Source: Lepidodermella squamata | Taxonomy: Eukaryota > Animalia > Gastrotricha | Assembly: GCA_047495785.1 (NCBI GenBank) | Contig: JBLDXI010000055.1 | Coordinates: 62,001-126,000 of the forward strand | DNA: 64,000 bases | Direction of reading: 5' to 3' | Part shown: positions 37,007-51,300 of the stretch, piece after piece | Position numbering within the stretch: the first letter of the stretch is position 1 | Layout of the letters: every line of letters begins with the position of its first letter | Translations under genes and position numbers: made by a program | The notes under the pieces: model-generated | Databases searched by the model: none | What the model was told of the DNA's origin: nothing | The model's input: only the letters and a program-made list of their open reading frames with translations

Positions 37007-39367
37007 CAGACCTGAAAATTTCTCAAATAGCAGCCCGATGGAAATGCTGGCTGCAATATCCGAGGAGTCTGCACTTATTTCGCGCAGTAACAGGTAACAG
37101 GCATCAGGCAAAGTTAGCGGCAATTCCAAGGCAGATAACATTTTTCAAACATCTCGAGTTTTCCGCGTCGCTTCTTGAAAATAACCATTCGACCTCAAAA
37201 ATAAGAATAATATAAAAACATAATTTTTCAAATTGAAAATTGGGTTTCAGATGTTGCTTAATGTAGATTCAATGTATTAATATTATTTATTTGCCGCAGC
37301 TTTATTGTGATTTGGCGGATCCAAGCCGGACTTTGAAAGGTTGAGTTACCAGTCAAGGCAGAGAGCTGAGGGAGCAGATGTGGCTTTGCGAAGTTTTGCT
37401 CTTCGCATGTACTTGTTTTCGCCAGTATTTTTTGAAATTTACAGGTCTTCAGTAAAAACCAGGCATGGATTTTATGGCAACTGACCCTAGCCTAGTCAAC
37501 CCTGGCGTTTTTCGACCTGACGATTTGTCGATATGACAAAAGGCCAGTCGCCAACCCTCGTTCTGAATCAAGCCGAGTTCGATAAAACTTTGACAGAAAT
37601 TACACTTTTAACGATGAGGAATGTTCGAATGGCAGTTTTGTCCGATTCCTACGACTGACTGAGCGCTGAGCGGCTTTATCGGAATTGAAATTTATTTTGG
37701 CGTATGGCTTTTACCCCGCTGACTAGGCCTGGCCTGGTCTGCGTCGGAAATAGAAACAGAAAAACTGTCAACAGTATTGTTATAATTCGAAATATGCAGT
37801 TTCAATTTCAGCGGATAAGTCAAACCAGCCTTCAAACACATGAAGTGCATCAGTGCGATTTTGATGCCGGTTTCAAGATAACTATGAAATTCGTTCATTG
37901 TGCAGGATAATTTTAAGACTTGCGGGATGAGTGAAATTTTATTCAGCTTTCTAACTTGAAACTTGAAGCTGTTTTATTTCTACAAGACGAAACATTTTCA
38001 TGATATCAGCCGCGTCGCATCATGTCCGATTTGACTTAATTATGTGTGATTCTGTGGTGCTACCCATTTGACGGAAATCCTGTTTTAATTTTTGCTGTGC
38101 AGTAGAAAAGTCTGTTTAGCGTGACTTCAGCGTAACAGCGCACACCCGAGTGAGTGAGCATTATATGAATCGTGAAGTACATATAATCCATATAATGGCT
38201 ATTTCTTAAACACAAATAAACAGTTAGATGCTGCTGGTAAAATCGTAGCTTGCAAGAATTTTGTAAAACGGTAAAATAGTTACCACCAAATGGAACTTTG
38301 CATTAGCGTTGCTGTGAAGTGAATAATTGTTGCTGAGCGACATCAAATATTTATAGCAGCAGTATAGGTAGCGTTTGCATTTTCTTTCGACCCAATTTGT
38401 TGGACGATTTTGTTTTCACTCAACTTGCGAAGGGTGTCCAACGCTCGCATTACATCAGGCATATTGATAAGATCAGATTCCATCAGTTTGTAATCAGTAA
38501 TCAGTCGTGCTTTCACTAGTACTAGAACATGGATATTTCATTTCTCTTCGTTGTCCAGAAATTTCTTGACAGTGTGGTGTTGTTTTCCTGTGGTGCGATG
38601 CAATTACCTTTCCTTGCCATCCATTGTTATTGCCGAGACCGCGCCAAGAAACGCCTGCTCCTAACAGCTTCAAGTAAACTTTCTCCGGGAGAATTGAATA
38701 AATGAATCCGCGATAATGCCACTAAAATAAAGATGGTCATAGAGCCTGTCTTTGCGCGTTCACACTTACTGCTGCACGTGCTATTATTGTGATAATATTT
38801 TATTACGAAGAAACTTCATCACCTCATAATGAAACTCAAAGACAGGCGAGCCTACTTGGAATAACAAATGGGAAGAAACCAGGCACGCAGTCGACGGGTA
38901 GGTGTGTAAAAGGCAGTCGAAGATTGTCACGGCGTTACTTTTTGTTTGCCCATAACCACCCAGAGATAGCGTGAGTAAATTTAACAATCAGTGGTATAAT
39001 TAATTGAGAATTCACTCTTCAAATAAACAAACCGCCGCACTGCGGACGCCGATTTATTTTATTGCGCGCGCTCACCTCGCACGCGCTTCTGGGTAAGTAA
39101 TAGCCGTATGATTACGATGGCCCGCGGTCCTCGTGTTCTGCGGTGGGTGGCGATGTTTAATTTATTTAATCGCTTTCTCGCGAATAAAATTTGTTTAACA
39201 CCATGCCTGTTTTTCCTTGGCTTTTCTTAGAACACTTGTTTATTGCCCTGGTTTACTTGTATTTAATAAGTGTTTCACCTGAAAATAAATTTCAAAAATT
39301 ACAATCCGTTCTGACCATTTTGCAAATTTTTAAGTTTGTAGTTATTGTGATGTTACTCTGACCTGCG

Positions 39368-42300
39368 ATGAATCCATCGGTTTTAGTGGCCATTGTCTAT
39401 TTCTTCGCCACTCTAGACTTCGTGAACGCAGCTGATGCTTACGGTGAGAGTTAGAAAAATCAGCAAATCAGATCGTCAACATATTTTTTCGATATAGATG
39501 TGTGTCGAGCTGGTCTCACGTCACAAGAAAATCCCTTCACTGAAAGCGACCGGTCGCTGACGATTTTCCTCGACTTGAAATTCAAATGTGACGGTGCTTT
39601 AACTAACATAGAATATTTCAGCGAGCGTTCCGACGGGTCGGTTTTTTACGTCGACGTATGGCGGGCGGGCAGCGGCGAGAATCAGTATATTCTCGTCGGC
39701 TCCATACGCCTGACTGCGGTTTCGTTCGGCCGCCAATCCATCGACGTCGATCTTGATAAGCGTTTCCGCGTTCAGCAAGGTGACATGCTTGGAATACACT
39801 ACGACAGTGGCGGCGATGGTGTTGTGGTGCCCTATTTCACGCCGATGCGCCCTGGCCCCTTCGCCCAGGACCAGTACTCGGACATTGTGACTTTGGGTTA
39901 CTACAACAGCCAAATTTTGTCGACACTTCAAGGCAACCAGTTTATCACCATTCTGCCAATCCAACCGCGATCTCGCATACCCGCGCTGATCGCGACCGTC
40001 TCGCCCGGCAAAGTGCTATTTTCGTGCAATTTTACCGACACCTTGTGCGGAATGGATACTATTGCTGATCCCACTGGTTTCAAGTGGGTCACTGGCCAGG
40101 CGTACCGCGCTCAGCTCAGCCCTGAACAAACCGCAATAGATAACACTATAAAAACGAACCTTGGCTACATGGCTTATACGACTAGCGCATCTGACGTTAG
40201 AAGCGGACGGACAAGTTTGACACGCCGTAGTTTGACATGCCCCAGTTCTGCGACGAATGAGTGCTGCCTCAGCTTCTACGTCATCCTCTACGGAACGGCT
40301 ATTTTAACGGTTAAAATTCGGCGGCAATCAGATCAGATGGCGGAGACGCTTGGCGTTGTAGTCGGGCAAACAGCCGGAAATATGTGGCCCCAAGTTTACA
40401 AAACCTTTTCTTCTACTGGCGGCTTTGATGTAAGTTAAATTTCGATCTTACATTCACTCGAAGAATACGAAAATGTTAAAAAATTAAAGCGAAAAATTGA
40501 TCTTATCGTAATTTTTTTATTTTCGCAGCTCATTTTCGAAGCTGAACGCGGAACCCAAGGGGACTCGACGGCAGCCTTGGACGATGTAGTACTCTCGGAA
40601 GGTCGCTGCCCAACAATTGATGGTAAGAAAATGGCTGGAGATTTTCTAATTAATGCATTAATTTGTTGCCAGATGCTGCTGCAACATGCGGAAACTACTC
40701 ATGCTCATTTGACGACTCAAAGTGCGGTTTTTCGTCTATATCGCAACAAACCGCATTCGAGTGGTCTTGGCAAACCGGCCCGTCGCCAAACCGACCTTCG
40801 AATACCGGCCCTAGCGGTGGTTTGATGAGCCGCGGCGCTTACCTCCTGGCCAGCTCGTTCGGCCGCCTGCCTAACGACAGAGCTCAAATCGCCAGCCGGC
40901 CTCTCGCAATCGGTTGCATGCGCTCCCGCGTGGTCTGTTACACGGTTTCTTTCTACTTCCACATGTACGGACCTCGCGAAGGGCGTCTCAACGTCTACGC
41001 GATGTACAACACGCAGCAAAAGCTTCTCTGGACAACGGCTGGTGACCACGGCGATGGCTGGATTTTCATCGAAACTGACCAACAACCAATCACTGATGTC
41101 CCATTCACGGTTCAAACAATCCGCGTCGTTTTCGAAGCTGTGATCGGCGGCAGCCAGTTTAGCGATATCGCAGTCGATCAAGTTCAAGTAAATTTCCAGG
41201 CTTGCAAATGTAGGTTTTCGAATTTTTCATTTTTTCGTTTGTTTAAACGTTTTCATTGAAAAGCCGTTGAGACGGCGTGTTTCGCCGGACCGGAGTCGAT
41301 CGCTACACCTCCGCGTCAACTCGCCCGGCCGTCGAACCAGCTGACTATTTGCGACTCAATGACCTTCCCATGCGGAGGTCGAGTTCGAGCTTGGGAGGTC
41401 TATTCGACTTATGCGCCATCAACCGTCTTCGCCGCTGCTTTCCGACCAATCGCCGGCGGAAATCGATATCGCCAAGTTGGGCAAAATGTTATAAAGCTGT
41501 CAACTGCTGGTCAGCAATCGGTTAAGATCGAGGACGCTGATCAGTTTGTTGTCCAGCCGGGAGATGGTAAAATTTTTCGCGCTTTCCCGATGAATTAATG
41601 CTAATGATTTATTTAGTGATGGGATTTTACTACGACTCGCGGTTCACTCGTGGCATTCTCGCATTTGACAACTCGAGTGTTGCATCGGTTGGCGCTAACT
41701 GTTGGGAAGCTCCAGTCTGGAAGTCTGACGTAGAACAACTGATGACCACTGACACTTTCGTCGATGTGAATGCCGTAGGCGGAGCTGTGGTGAAACGCCA
41801 ACACTACATCAAGGCATACGTTCTCGGTACCCAAAGCTGTGGAGTTGTGCCTGATATCCTGAACGCCGTGGCTCAGCCTTCGTTCACAGGCCGAACAAGC
41901 GTAGTCGGCGATGCTGTTGTCTACTCATGCTTACCTGGCTTCAACATGGAAGGCCCGTCGACAGTGACTTGCACGTTCGCTGCAACCTGGTCGGAGCTGC
42001 CAGTCTGTGTTGCGACACCGATTTGCGAGGCTGGCCCGCCTAACATCGCCCCGGCCGCTGTTTATTTCACACCAGCTGAACGCTCGTCCTACCTCCACAT
42101 TTGCGCGACCAACTTCGTGCGCTGTGACGGCTTGATCAGCAACTGGCAGTTTTACAGCATTCGAAACGACAATTCGACCGTTTACCTCACTATCTGGCGC
42201 AAGGTTTTCGGAACAAATTTCCAGCTGGTCGGGAAATCTGCAGGTCGAGCTATTCGAGTTGGTCGAGTTCTCATCGACTTGCCGACGAATGACGACCGAA

Positions 42301-45300
42301 TCGCGGTGAAATCTGGCGATGTCCTCGGCATCATGTACCCAACCTCGCAAAGTCAGGCTGTTGTTTCAATTGCTACAGAGAACATGCTGATGGGTTTCTC
42401 CCGGGATGATCTGCATCAATGCTACGTCCAAGCTCTGTTCGATGAAGATGTGGCAAATCGAATGACGATTGATAAATCGGTTCATGTTGATGACATACTC
42501 GAACGACGTATTCTAGCTGTTAAAGCTTCAGTGGATTGTAAGTTTTTGAAAGCTCGGATTAACCTTAAATCATAAATTTTTTTTTACAAAGCTGGAGATC
42601 GATGCCAACCACCGCCGACTATCAGTAATGCAGTCATTCAAAATCAATCGTTCCGCGTGGGTGACATCCCTACGGTCGGTGATAAGGTGGTGTACACCTG
42701 CACTCGTGGTTTTACCATGCTCGGTGGTGATACTATCACTTGTCTATCATCTGGTCGTTGGACCGCCGCCCCGCAGTGCCGTGCCCTTCCAGCTTGCACA
42801 ATCGGCCCGGGCAACGTCTCGCCCGATCCAAGCACCCTAGGCGACCCTGGAACCGCCCTGTTCATCTGCCCAACTAACCGCATCACCTGCCCTGGCGTGA
42901 TTCAAGAATGGCAGTACTATTCGTTGTATGGAACGGGGGCTGCTGTTTACCTCGGCATTTGGAGAAAGCTATCTGAGACCAAGTTCCAGCTGGTCGGATC
43001 CAACATGATTCGACCATCGCAGGCCGGAAAAATGACCTTCGAAGTTCCTGATTTTGACCAGATTACTGTTCAACCTGGCGATATCGTTGGTGTTTTCTAC
43101 GAGGTTGAGTCCCAGGCTGGCGAAATTGCATTTGCAAATGAGTAAGGTCAAAGTTTTTTACATTGAAAATCTCAACAATTATTTTTTCCCAGTGCCTATC
43201 CTGGCGGCTTCCCGCCAAGCGCCTTCTCAGGGCAGCAGTGCATGCTTGCCTCGCTATATAAGAACGACATTTACCGGCAAATGGCGGCAAATTCTTACGT
43301 CTCGATTCAACCAGATCGAGTCGATCAGCGAATTGCTGCTCTGAGTGCCGTGGTCAGATGTAAGTCCGAAAATTTCTGACATCTCCCTAGAGGTTGTGGT
43401 TACATAGGAAACTAACTCAAAATCGGTGGTGGTGGTGGTTAGAGTGATTTTTAAATTTATAAGTTAAGGGGGATGCCGTTGTGTTTTTCCAAGCTGATGA
43501 TGTTTATTCTGTTCGACAACGACGAGCAGCTATCGGCACGTGTGGACCTGCACCGAGCGTGTTGAACGCCGCTGCCGAAGCGTCATTCGACAGCTTCCAA
43601 TCAACCCCAGGCGACTACGTCACATACACCTGCGCGTCGGGCTTCATCATGACGGGCAACATGACATCTCGCTGCAATCCTTCCGGACGCTGGACCGAAC
43701 TGCCGGTATGTGCTGAATTGCCGCGATGCACTCTCGGGTCGTACAACATTCCTGATCTACCGACCGGGCTCGCGCGGCCTGGTAACTGGCTTAACATCTG
43801 CTTGAAGCATTCGCTCACCTGTTCGGGCCAAATCAGCCGCTGGCAGCTGCTGAGCTTGGGCGAGTCCATTGTCTACGCCTCGGTCTGGCGCCGGGTTGGC
43901 GAAGGCGAATACGCCTTGGTCGGGTACAATCGGTTGAACATTTCTCGAGCGGGTCTTCTTACTATGTTTGTCGAGCCGGAGGAGCGAATCTTCGTGAGAG
44001 CTGGTGACTTACTCGGCATTTTCTACGACGACCCTGAGGCGATTGGTGCCATCCCGTATGCCGACCCGCAAAACCTGGGCCCTGTGCCGGTTTCGAACCT
44101 CGACACCTGTCTATCAGCCGCGTACTACCTACCTGAACTGACTCATTACATTTCAATCAACCGATACATCCGTTTTGCTACTGATTCCAAGCCATTTAAC
44201 CGGCGTTTCATGTTGAAGGCTTTTGTTAAGGACGATCAAGGCTGTGGCCCTGTTCCGACTGTAGCCAACGCCCAGTCTGAACACCAGATCTGGAACAGAA
44301 CGAGCCAGTTCGGAGATGTCGCTGTATTCCACTGTGTATCTGGCTATTCGATGGTTGGCGATGCGGCGGTTACTTGTAGCCAGACTGAAGGCCGGTGGAC
44401 TGATGCGCCCAAGTGCATTGAGAAGCCACTTTGCTCCATTGGACCGAAGCAACTGTCTCCGTCGTTGGGCAACGGCGATTTATCAACCTCATTCATTATG
44501 TGCCCTACTTTGACCTTCACGTGTGCTGGCGAGGTTGCGGAATGGGAAATCTACTCGGTTCGCGACGATGGAACAACTGGCTACGTCAGTGTTTGGCGAA
44601 GGTAATTTGATTCACCTTTTCAAAATTTTGCTATTTTTTTACTATTATCCATCCATTTTTCTTTATTTTTTCCGCAGGGTTAACTCCGGGTTCCAACTAG
44701 TTGGGTTTAATAGACTCACTGCTAACCGCATTGGCGTAGTACGCCAAGCCATCCGTCCTTCGGAGAGGATTCAAGTTCAAGCTGGAGACTTTTTGGGTAC
44801 CTTGATTTTTATTAAAAGTGTGAAAGATTTATTTATTTATCTGCTTGTGGCTTTTTTCAGCAATTTTCTACGAGGACCAGACGGTTCCGGCGATTATTCC
44901 ATGGGCTACATCGAATAACCTCGGTGGTTTCACGCGCAACAGCCTGGTCGACTGCAACGTGGCCGACGTATACCAGTCTGGCTTATTGCCATTCGCCTTG
45001 CCTAACACTCGAACCTTCCAAGTCTCGGGCTCAATTTCACGCCGATTGCCCGCTATTCGTGGCTTCATTTACGGGACGGGTGGCTGCGGACCGGTGCCGT
45101 CGTTAGACAATGGCGTTGTCTATATGAGCACCAGCAGCACCCCGAATCAAAGTGTTGTCAACGACTATGCGAAATATCAATGCAACTCGGGTTTCGGTAT
45201 GAAATAACTGATCTCAGAGGACATTTTCTTAATTTTTATTACAGTGCTTTACGGCCCTGAAATCGTTTCTTGCCTCGCATCTGGACGTTGGTCGGCGCCA

Positions 45301-48300
45301 CCCGCTTGTCTGAGCCCTGAAGCCTGCATGGCCGGTGCGCGTACTATTCGAGCTCCTAGTCAAGGTCTCGTCATCGACAAAAATTACATGGCTCTTTGCC
45401 CGGCTGCTGTTTTCCGCTGCCCTGGCGTTCTTGATGTTTGGGAATTTTTCAAGTGAGGCTTTTATTTTCATCGCCACACATGCTGTGTGTGTGTGTAGTC
45501 GCCATAGTATTTTTATGCTAGATAACGTAGTAATAGCATTGTGTGAGCGTCGTTTATTGATTATGTGCAGTAGTTTTTCATGTGCGCGCGTGCTCTTATA
45601 AAGCTCGTATATGAGTCGTATGTTGGCTGGAGGTCGTGGCAGGCCTCTGTAACTCAGCGACTTGAGAGCCGGGCTTGCCGAATGGCTGGCCGGTGGGAGT
45701 CCTGTCTCTGGATGTCACATGTCGATCGAGCGCCCCGTGTAAGTACGCCATCAACATGGTCGGTGCGGCGGAGGCCGTACTGCCCAGGTTGTGTAATGAC
45801 ACGTCAAAGGTCAGGTCCTAACGGAAGCAGCCTAACGATGTGCGTGGTGAGCGGTACCGGGACAGTGCTTGTGAATGTGTGCCTTAGGCAGCCCATCGGT
45901 TCAGATGGACGCAAATCTTTTTCATTTTTTATTTTTTATTTTTTTTATATCACCCATTGAAACTTGTAGCCACAACATTTATAGTATCTTGTGACTTATT
46001 TACCTTTTTTATTTTTTATTTTTATTTTTTTTTATAGCGTGCTGGGTGGAGCTAATTCAGTCTATCTGAGTGTATGGCGTCGCCGGTCTATGAATGAATT
46101 TGTCTTGATCGGAGCTCATCTGGTGACAAGCGTCGATGCTGGGCACAATCTGTTCATGCCGCCCGGCAAGCAACGGATCGTTGTTGAAGCGGGCGATTTC
46201 ATCGGCTTCTTCTACGAGCTGGAAACTTCTGCCGGTGTGATGACTTACGCCGACTCGACTCACCTGGGCGGGGCTTCACCGGTCGACCTAATGACTGACT
46301 GCATCACAGCTCCGTTATACAAGGCTCAAATCTACCAGCAAATGTCAATTCGGGGCTCAGTTCTTATTGACGGCGGCAGCAAAGCCAACCGCCTTTACAG
46401 CCTTCGTGCCTACGTCAAGTCAGAATCTGTTTGCGGCTCGATTCCTCACGTCGACTACGCCACTTCGTTCTACGCGGCTGCTGGACGGCCAATCAGGATC
46501 AATGACACCGTTGAATACTCGTGTGATGTCAATCGATTCCTGATAGGCCAGGCAAACATCACTTGCACGGCTGAGAACGGCTGGACCCAAGAGCCATCTT
46601 GCATCGAAAGTCCGACTTGCTATGCCGGTTCTAATTTGAACCCGCTTAGAAAGGAGGATTTTCTAGTGAATTCAACGACTACGAATGTAAGAGATAAACT
46701 TCTATCAAATTAAGCTTACTTATTGTATTTTCCACAGTTGACTATTTGTCCGAGCGAAGTATTCTCATGCCTGGGCGATGTCTATGGCTGGGAGGTTTAC
46801 TCGTTGGTCGATGATAACAGCCCGATATTCGCCGGCGTTTTCCGACCTGGAGTCGACTCGGATAACAAAACCTTCGAAGTTGTTGGCTACATGCGAGGAA
46901 GTGCGACGAAGATCGGGCGAGTTTACATCGATTCTTCACCTTCGATCTCAACTCGAAAACCTATCCGCGTCAGACCAGGGTAAGAAAGTATATACCGCAA
47001 TTGGGGCATGCTAAATATTTTTTATATCAGCGACTTCATTGGTATTTTCTATGATTACCGCTGGTCGGTTCCAACTGTTGCCACGGTTAATCCGATCGAA
47101 CAAGTCAATATTTCGGCCTGTCCCGAGCAGAATGTGTCGACTACAACAACAATGTTCCCCGTCATTCCGCCTGAGACAACGACAATAAATTGGAGTAATT
47201 ATCTACCTTAATTTTTAATTAATTTTTAATTTCTTTGTTTTAGTGAAATTGAGATCAGCAAATGACTCGGCCGTTCCCAAGCCTTGCGCGGTGAATGATA
47301 CGCACGTTAAAGCCGGTAGTGAGATGATCACTCGTCGAGAATTCGATGCGCTGGTTCAAGAACTTGAAGAGCGATTCACCGGCGATGTCCTCGTCAACTG
47401 TATCACAGCACAAGTCTACCGGTCTTCTATCGATAACGTCTTGTCAAGCGGCATAAACACGTTGCTATCACTACCGCAAGGTGTAATGACTCGCCGACTA
47501 CTTCGAGTCCGCGCTTTTGTCAAAGGCGTACCAGCTTGCCCTGCTCCGCCTAAGATTCGAAGCGGTGTGTTGGTGCCGAGTTTCACCCGACCAACTGCTG
47601 AACCGGGTGACACTGTCGTTCTACGCTGTGCTAGCGGCCTTCGCATTCGCGGCAATCCAGTCATTTCGTGTCTATCCACCGGGAAATGGTCGTCGCCTCT
47701 GCCAAGTTGCGAGCCTGTTCCAACCCCAGCCCCGCGATGCCTTCGAAGCTCTCTGCCATCAGATGTGAGAATAGCTAACTTTATTTTTTAATTTTCTAAT
47801 TTTTTTATTATTAGAATGGTATTCCGAAACTGCTTGTGATGCCGTTGTTTGTCGGCAGTCAGGCGGAACCTGGAGATGCGGCCGAGTTTGCGTGCGCTGA
47901 TTCGTACTATCTCATCGGCCCGTCAAACACGACGTGTCTACCGAACGGCTCGTGGTCTGCACCGCCCTCCTGTTCGGCGACCAGACCCCCGACCACCTGC
48001 GGCCCGCCACCGCCGACCGTCGAACACGCGGTTGTAGTCGAAACCACTCTGGACAATCCTAACTCAATGAAACCCGCCAACGCCGCTGGTGTCGAGGGCG
48101 ACATTGTCGTCTACCGATGCCGCCCTGGCTATGTGATGCGCGGTAATTCCACAGTGCGTTGCCAGCCCTCGTCAGCCTGGTCTCAGCCGCCGGTCTGCGT
48201 TATTGAAACTGGAAGCTGTGGCGATGTTCCAAGCGTTGATAACGCTCGAGCATTGCCCTCGTTCTATTTCCGCCCTAGTCGCATCGGGGATGTTGTCTAC

Positions 48301-51300
48301 TACTCGTGCTTCAACGGCTTCCGTATGCTGGGTAACGCGACTATCAATTGCTTGACTTCGAAAAAATGGTCACGACTGCCGAGCTGTCAACCGTCTGAAA
48401 TCCGGCCGTGTGGCGACCCGCCTCAACTTCGCAACGGATACGTCGTTTCTATGTCGTACCCGAGCAGTCGTCAGGGCGGCGCGGCGGCCAATGATTCAGT
48501 GCAATACAAATGCGCGAGAAATTACCAGTTGATCGGCAATAACCGGGTTACCTGCCTCGGCACTGGGGACTGGACAGATCTACCGACCTGTGGCCCTGTT
48601 CAGAATCAGCAGCAACAGCAGCCGGGCAACCGAGACGTCGCGCAACCCGAGCGTAATTCATGTGGGGCCAGCCCACCGATTCCGAACTCAATCGCAACCC
48701 CGTCATTCACCGGATCCGCTTCGGTCATAGGTGACTCAGTTACCTATGATTGCAAGCCGGGTTACACTTTAAGCGGCCCCGCTTCGATTTATTGTACTGT
48801 TGATCTGGTGTGGAGCGATAATCCGGGTTGTAAGCCTATCAGAGGAAGGTCGAAGCGTTCTGCCGATGACATGACCGGCCGTATGGCTAGTACCTGCGGC
48901 TACCCGCCAGTCGTAGAAAACGCTGAACCAACTGCTTCATACGCTGACGACGCTCGAATGCTTTACCAAAGTGAACCGTTTGACACGGTAGTTTTCAGAT
49001 GCAAAAAAGGACATTTAGTTGGAAGTGCGGTTATCTACTGCCGGGAAGATGGGTCGTGGAGTGGGAAGCCGTCCTGTGCCGTAATGACCCCTCATGCGAG
49101 ACAACGAAACCAGGGTAGAAATTCCTCGGCTCCGGCCAAATCTTGCGGACGGCCTCCTCAGGTCGACAACGCATTCGCTCGGCCGAGCTTCACAGGATCA
49201 AGCAGTATCGTCGGCGACTCAGTTGTTTACCAATGCTCGAACGGGTATACCCTTGAAGGGTACCCGATCGTGTATTGCCTGGATTCAAACTGGTGGTCAC
49301 CCAGCCCATCTTGCCGCGATACCAGCGATTCCCCGCAAAATCAGCAAAACAGTTTTGCCCCTGTTGGCGTCCAGCCGCCACCGCACGGCCACCATGGCCA
49401 TCACGGCCCCCCGAATTACCCGTATCCACCATACCCGTGGGGTGTACCAGCCATGCCAGTTATGCCAGTCATGACTGTCATGCCTCAACCTTTGCCGTTC
49501 GGCTGCGGTCTACCGCCTTCACGGCCTAACACCGTACTGCTAACCCCGACTAAACCCGCCTACCCGGGTGATGCTGCTTTGTTTTCTTGCGACTACGGCT
49601 ATCAAATGGTCGGCGAACCGCTGATTCAGTGCCAATGCTCTCAGCCCATGCAGGGTAGCTGCCAATGGTCACCCGTCGCCCCGATTTGCCACCTCGCCCC
49701 GGGTGATCCGAAGAGCCCGAATTTCGTCAACAACATGGCTGGTATCACGACGACTTCAACCAGCACTACCACGACTACTACACCAGCGTCATGCAACTAC
49801 ATCCCTCAAATCGAGAATGGCAGTTGCAACGTTTCGACTGGCAATGATTTCGCGCTGGTTGGCGAACGAGCGATTTGCGAGTGCAACAAGGGCTACGAGA
49901 TGGCTGGTGCTCGGGACATCTACTGTCAGCGGAATAAGCAATGGACTCCGCCTCCGATTTGCCTGCTGATCACCACAACAAGGTCGACGACAACAGCCAG
50001 GACGACGACTACTCCGAAGATATCGATTAATCAAGCTGGAGCCACGACTACAACGCCTAGGATGCAATCATCGACGGCACCATCTTGCGCTCCTGCCCCG
50101 ATTTGCCAGCAGGCATATGTCCCGTGCTGTGGTGCTCAGACTACCTCATGCGGACCTGCCCCGTTCATCCCGGGCGCAGTCTGTCTGACCCCGTTCACGC
50201 AGCAGACCAGCCCAGTCGGTGCCCAGGCGTCATACTACTGCCAGTCGTCCGGCCAGGTCGTACTCAGCACCTGCCAAGGCAATGGTGGGGGCTGCCAATG
50301 GACGCAGCCTTCTTGTTCTGGCGGCGGTGGCGGCGGTGGGCCGATGATGTTGGCGCCGGGCCAGGGTGTCCAGCCCTACATGTTCGGTCGTAAACGGCGT
50401 GATGTCAACCTAGCTATTTCAAAGGCAGCCAGCAAGTTCATGACAAACTCTACCTGCGGCTTGCCACCAAAAGTTCACTTTGCCGTCGGCGTCTTATCTT
50501 GGGGTGGCCGGCCTAGCCGACCGAAAGATAGCGTCGTTTTCCGATGCATTCGAGGCGAACTTCGAGGACCGATCGCTGCATTCTGCCGTGAAGGTTTGTA
50601 GCCAAAGTTTCACCTGAAAAATGTTTTAAATTTATCTTTATGATCTATAGATGGACGCTGGACAAACGCTCCGTCTTGCAGTGTTGAGTTGACGTCGCAT
50701 GGAATTGGACCAGCATCTACCCCGGCAACTCCCAAAGGCCGTGCCGCTGTGAAACAGTCGAATCGGGGTCCGATGGACGCTGGCCAATGCGGTGACCCGC
50801 CATCGGTTGAAAATGCCTACAGCATGCCGAGCTTTACCGGCGGTCGGGCGGCTGAAACTGGCGATCGCGTTATCTTCTCATGCATGCAGGGTTCATTCTT
50901 AGAGGGCAATTCGGTCATTGTCTGCCAATCTGATGGGTAAAAATTTTGAAATTGCAAATGAATTGATTTTACGATTAAGATTTGTTCAGAACCTGGACGG
51001 CAGCTCCGCAGTGTACGAATACCACAAACACTCCGCCGAATAATAATAATAACCCGAACAATAACCCGAACGGTAACCCGAACGGAAATTCGTGCGGACC
51101 GGCGCCATATGTCGAAAATGCTCAGATCTATCCTTCCTGGGCAGCTAATCAGCGCGAATCTCAGACGGGTGATAGTGTCACCTATCGCTGCGATGATGGC
51201 TATTCCAGAAACGGCTATGCGACCATCTATTGCTTGGCTAACGGTCTGTGGCCGAACGCGCCTGTTTGCGACTACGACCCGAATAGCGCTACGAATAACA

